From Eledone cirrhosa (Eukaryota), in the NCBI GenBank assembly GCA_964016885.1, contig OZ024740.1, forward strand, positions 409,386,001 to 409,450,000: a stretch of 64,000 nucleotides of DNA, read 5' to 3'. Under the pieces are notes generated by a model. The model worked only from the letters and a program-made list of their open reading frames with translations. It was not told the origin of the DNA and did no database searches. Position numbers and translations under genes: made by a program. Shown here piece after piece: positions 58,900 through 64,000 of this stretch. Each line of letters begins with the position of its first letter. Positions within the stretch are counted from its first letter, which is position 1.

Positions 58900-59610
58900 T
58901 TTTTACTCCAGACTAGCTTTACATGCGACTTTGAAGGAGGAGACGAACTGGTGACCTTTGTGTCACTGGGTCTCGCGATCAGAGGCTATTGTAGACCACC
59001 GGCAAAGGTCAATATGATATACATTAAGGATTCTTTCAGAGAGTCCTTGTAGTCTTTCTCTGGTGTCCCTCCCTGACAGACGCCACTGGAGAGTTCACTA
59101 CAATCTTGGGCACCTGATGATATTCTCAATTTCGAAAATGCAATTATTTGGCAGCATGACATTGAAACTTGTGATATCCACCTGTTTGAGAACTTCAGTT
59201 CTGGTAACGACCTAATCCTGTCGATGTTGAAGATCGTGTGGTCGTAATGCTTGGAGCCATATAAGAGTGGGGGTCATTAAAATAGCTCTGCGCACGCTGA
59301 TGTTTGTGCCTTTTCCCCAAGTTTTCGAGTGTCTTTTGTACAACCTGCTGAATGTGCTGTTTGCCTTATCAATCTGGTGATAATATTTTTGTCGATCTTA
59401 GCATTTGACAAGATGGTATACCAAGATAGCTGAACTGGTGGACTGTTTTCATGTCAATGCCGCCCGTCGATATTGGTGCAGGGTGTGATCTATGAAGAAG
59501 AGTTCGAAACTTATGCAAAGCATGATGCAATACTTTACAGGGCTGACATTGTGAGAGCAACACGGACAACATGATCGGCAAAAAGTAGCTTTCTGATGAG
59601 TCGCCACAGT
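58900..59610 (-). mobile_element. Decayed RTE (BovB-like) LINE fragment
   Basis: Minus strand LLFAD, VHQFSYLG and LLYGS-like remnants. Confidence 0.55.
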
Positions 59611-59820
59611 GTCAGTGTGTGACTGTAATGTCCCTCTACCTTATCATGGCTAGTCAGATTTAGAAGATTTTAACCATAGATCAGTTTAATCAGGGATAAC
59701 TTGGGCCTAAGTAACAATAAATGTTTCTAGTTAACCATTCTATTATTTACCCCCCCCCCCCCCCCACCACCACCATCATGTATTCCGTCAGTTACTCTTT
59801 TAACCACAGGTTCTACATAT

Positions 59821-61058
59821 ATCAGGTCATCCCTTAAGTAATGTCACATTTGGTAGTAAGTTTTGAAAAGATAAAAAACACAAATTACGCACTAATTTAA
59901 TCAGGTATATATTTCCCATCTGAATCAATAATGTTTTTCCATGCCATTTCTTCTTATGCCATTTCTTTAGAAATCAGATGATTTTGTAGAGAAAACGTTT
60001 CGTAGGTCCATTTCAAGTACATCTAATGAATTATACTCTTTTTCATTGATAAAATGTTGCAAACTTCGGAATAAATGATAAAATGAAAGAGTAAGGTCAG
60101 GGGAATAAAGAGATTGTGGAAATCTTTCCTAGCCAAGTTCCTTAATGTTGGGACGGGTAATTCTTGCACTACGGGGTCAGGCGTTGCCGTGATGAGATCT
60201 TTTCACTAGAGAATACCTTTTTTTCTTTCGATTTTTCGTTCAATCGAGCGATTTTTTCGTAGTACACTTGAACTGTGATTATCTGGTTATATAGCAAGGT
60301 TTCAAAGTGTATTTATTACACCTGTCATATCCCACCAAACGCTTAACAAGACCTTCTGAGGATGAATATCTTGTTTCGAGTGAGGTTTTACTTATTTGTC
60401 TTGATCGAACCCACTGCCATTGGCGTTTAATTTTCTTATAGAACATCCATTTTTCATCACCGGTTACTACACAGTTGCAAATGGAGATTTACATTCTCAA
60501 CATGAAGAACAGTGCACATTTTCATGCTTTCTCTTCGATTATTTTCATTCAGTTAATGTGGAATTCACTTACCAAGCTTAGATAACATTCCAAGTTCCTG
60601 TAAATAGCGATGGGCAGTTGATGTCGTTGAATTAAGCTCTTCTGCTAACTCTTTAATAGTAGATTTCTTTCAATAGCGGCTTTCAGCGTATCAGAACGGT
60701 GGTTATTTTCCAAGTCAAACTCCTCCTTGTAGAAATTTATTGAGTCATCATTGGCACTTACGAACATCCAAAACCCCTTCACCATACACTTTTTGCACAA
60801 TTTTTTACAGTTGGCCATTTTGAACCTGTAAAGCATGACGTGTCATCTGTGTTCTTCTGTAACTTCCATTTTCATGAAGGATTATTAAAACAACAAATAA
60901 AACTTACGTGTCTGCAAGCCAGAAACTATCTGGTTGAAGTTTTTCTTTTTCCAGGTTTTTTATGTAACAAGGAAAAATCTTGTTTAGACACGCTGGGACG
61001 TGTTTTAACGCAAGTACAATTTAAAATGAAACTACACTATTTATGGGATGACCTGATA
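59821..61058 (-). mobile_element. Full-length decayed mariner element
   Basis: TIRs atcaggtcatccc(t/a)taa at both ends with TA flanks; minus-strand VTGDEKWMFY and WWDMTGV motifs. Confidence 0.85.
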
Positions 61059-62787
61059 TAAAGGCATACATATATAATTATATTAACATACGTGTATACA
61101 CACCGACATATATATACACACACACTATATACACATAAAAAATGCATATACACACCCAAACACACATATATGTACATACACATATATACATACACAAACA
61201 TATCAAGATTTCCATCATAGGCCAATACAATCTCATACACAGAGTGAGATGCAAACAGAGAAAGAGAAAGGGGTGGGGCGAGAGAGGGAGATTATGTATG
61301 TGTTTTAGACAGAATATAACCGGGATATAACCACAGTGATGGGAAGGTTTTGTATTTTTAGTGACCTTGTAGGTCCTAGCTGCTGCTGTTCACGTTTAGC
61401 AAAGAAGAGGAGTAGCATATTGTGCCTTTTTGTTGTTGAAACCAAATTGCCACGAGTCCATTGGATGCTAAAACGTTTTTCATCGAATATGAAGTCAATG
61501 GCGACACTTTGTTTAGCGTGAAAATGTGGTGTTAAGGTCGAGGAACGTGCTTCAAAGCGCAGGGCCATGTACAAACGTCCATTACTTCGTTGTTGTTTTT
61601 TTTTGTTCTTTTTTACTAAGAGGCTCAGATTCCACTCATAATCTCTGTAAAAATGACGGGAGAGATTCACGAATTTGAGTGGATTTAAATAGGCTCTTCC
61701 AGTAATTAACAAGAGTATTATATTCCTACTGTTTGACGCAAACCAATTTATCTCACATGTTTGTTTGTTTTTTTGTTTGTTTGTAGAAAATGATGATAGA
61801 ATCCTTCCGGTGTTGAAATATATTCTCCTGGTTTCATGCTTTTGTAATGTAAACACTGAAATATCTCAATACAGATCTAACCATCCACCTTTTGGATCTC
61901 CACTCGAAATGTTTTACCCATTTCCTACCAGAGTTCTGATGGCAGAATTAACTCGGCAACGTCGGTGGCTCATCAATGTGGTACATGATGGGTACATTGC
62001 ATTGTTAAATCCCTTCACGATTTCTGAACACACTGTTTTAGACTGGTTTAGGGGCTGGTTGAAGTATTCCCTATGGCACTCCCCTATTTTGGGCTAACCT
62101 TTCAGCAGAGATATTCTTTCTGATGACTTGGCGGGTGCTATGGAATAATTCTTGTGGCTATAGAGGATCTCCATTGCATCATTGAAATTGTACATGCCAT
62201 TCTTGTCCCCATACATCTAAACCTCTGGAGGTTTGATTTAAAAAACAAACATTCATTTTTCAGGCTTTGTCATTATAGGTTGTTGTTTTTTTAGAATATA
62301 AGGCGTAAGATTTACAAGAGTTATTCTGTTCACCTTGTACTGAATGCATTTTTGTTTTCCTGTTTCGTTTTGTATTCTTTTCATTTTAAATTCGATGCTT
62401 TCGGCAACAACACAATAGAGTGTAAAACTTAGGGGAAAATATTGACCATCATGTTGGCTCCTTGTCTTGTCAGGATGAAGTCAATGGGATGCTAGTGTTT
62501 GGAACTGGGATACACATACGTGGTCTTGTGTGCGTGTGTGCGTTCATTTTCTGTAAGATGATGTAGGTAAAACTGAGAACATGCTCCACCAGAGAGAAAG
62601 TAACTTACACCATTTGTATTAGTTGCCCCGACTTTATGGTCTCCGATGACTGAATCCATAAATTGTTTATTCCTCCTTACTCTTTAGAATTAAAGTTATT
62701 CATTAAGCTAAGAGATTGATAAATTACGGTCCACGTGATATTCAGAAGTCACTGTGTTTGTAGTTATTCTTTATATCATTGGCAGGG

Positions 62788-63003
62788 TGGTGGATTGGCC
62801 GTATCGGTAGAGGATAGGGCGCCATGCTTTGCAGCATAGAGTTACGGCCCTTTATGTTCTGAGTTCAAATCCCGCCGAGGTTAACTTTGCCTTTCATCCT
62901 TACGGGGTCGATAAAATAAAGTACCAGTCACGCACTGGGGTCGATTTAATCGACTCCCCACCTCCCAAAATTGCTGGCCTTGTGCCTATGTAAGAAACCA
63001 TTC
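62788..63003 (+). mobile_element. Full-length Nin-domain tRNA SINE
   Basis: A box tggccgtatcggtag, B box gagttcaaatccc, Nin-like ctttcatccttacggggtcgataaa..gtaccag. Confidence 0.85.
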
Positions 63004-64000
63004 TTTATATCATTGGTGAAAAAGATTTATTTCAGACACCTTCATTCTATACCTTTCAACGGAAAGTATTAAGCTATGGTTAGACGTTTTGTTTGTCTCC
63101 GTGTTACCGATTTTTAAAATTAATCCAGCGATATTCATATATAAATTGTAAGAAATACGATACAAATATATCCATTCTACCTTGTGAATTTACTTGAACT
63201 AATAACCGATTGTCTTTACTGTATATTATAAAAGGTGGATAGTTTCCAAGATAATTTTCTTTTGAGGACTTAATATAATTATCATCCTTTTCATTACCAC
63301 CTTCGCTTAATTTTGATCTCTACATTCAGAGTTAAATGCTTAAAATCATGTATGCCTCTCCTCAGTTCTCAGAGTTATTCCCAATAATCAAACATAGTAG
63401 GAATATGTGTCAGTTGTTAGAATTAGTACATAGTAAACTGACAGATAACTTATTTTGATAACAACTAACGAAACTAAGATTTCCATCCAATAGTGCACAA
63501 CTTCTCGCCGAGTGCTAACGAGATTTGCGCTTTCTTTCGGGGAGGTAGCCAGGGTTGGGTTTAGACCTTGAAGGCCTGGGGAACTTCAGGGGGGGGGGGG
63601 GGGGGCTCACACACGAAGAATTAGAATACACAGCAAACCTCCCAATTTTACATATCAAAGTTAGCTTGGCGCAAGTAATTGGAATTAAAAAGTTATAGAT
63701 ACAGGTATTACATTCAAAAATTCTAACCATCTTAAAACTAAAAATTACAGCTGAGGGCGCAAGTAAATTGCTACGGCCGTCGTTGTTGGGGCACCCCACT
63801 GCATAGGACCCGGGGCAATTGCCCCCTTTTTCCCCCACCCACTAAATCCGGTCCTGGAGGTAGCAGTGCAGGTTTAGAATTCTTTAGATCCTGAAGCGAC
63901 TGGGATTTACATGGAGGTGTAGATAGCAGTCATGACAGAACCATTAGACCAAAAGCAGAAGCAGACATCCAGACCTGTCTAAATATCTCAGTACATTTCT

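Noticed and set aside
61305-62300. 183-aa ORF as a host exon
   Set aside because: No convincing splice structure or domain; faint resemblance to a decayed PLE linker/GIY-YIG is too weak to annotate

Overview
AT-rich animal genomic DNA made almost entirely of repeats; no host protein-coding exon is recognisable. The SINE and LINE content suggests a mollusc, probably an octopus/cephalopod (inference). Most short ORFs in the track are microsatellite artefacts. Recognisable elements: at least six Penelope-like element (PLE) copies of several lineages (RT + GIY-YIG), one near-complete Tx1/L1-clade LINE plus decayed relatives, RTE, R4/Dong and CRE-type fragments, two mariner relics, hAT, piggyBac and TA-flanked MITEs, and Nin-domain and CORE-type tRNA SINEs. 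The ORF track does not show the main signal: about 27 type I hammerhead ribozyme (HHR) motifs read by eye. Some lie in PLE pseudo-LTRs. Others lie in a non-coding superfamily of 430-490 bp tandem monomers (non-LTR retrozyme-like arrays at 34741-35620, 47259-49230 and 55936-57250, plus single copies). Each monomer carries one HHR, usually with an octamer (ATGCAAAT) about 80-100 nt upstream. The arrays sit in (TA)n tracts and fold back at their own RNA stems. Several HHRs carry a compensatory U3:A8 core. Ribozyme activity and circular RNA production are predictions; the sequence alone does not show them.
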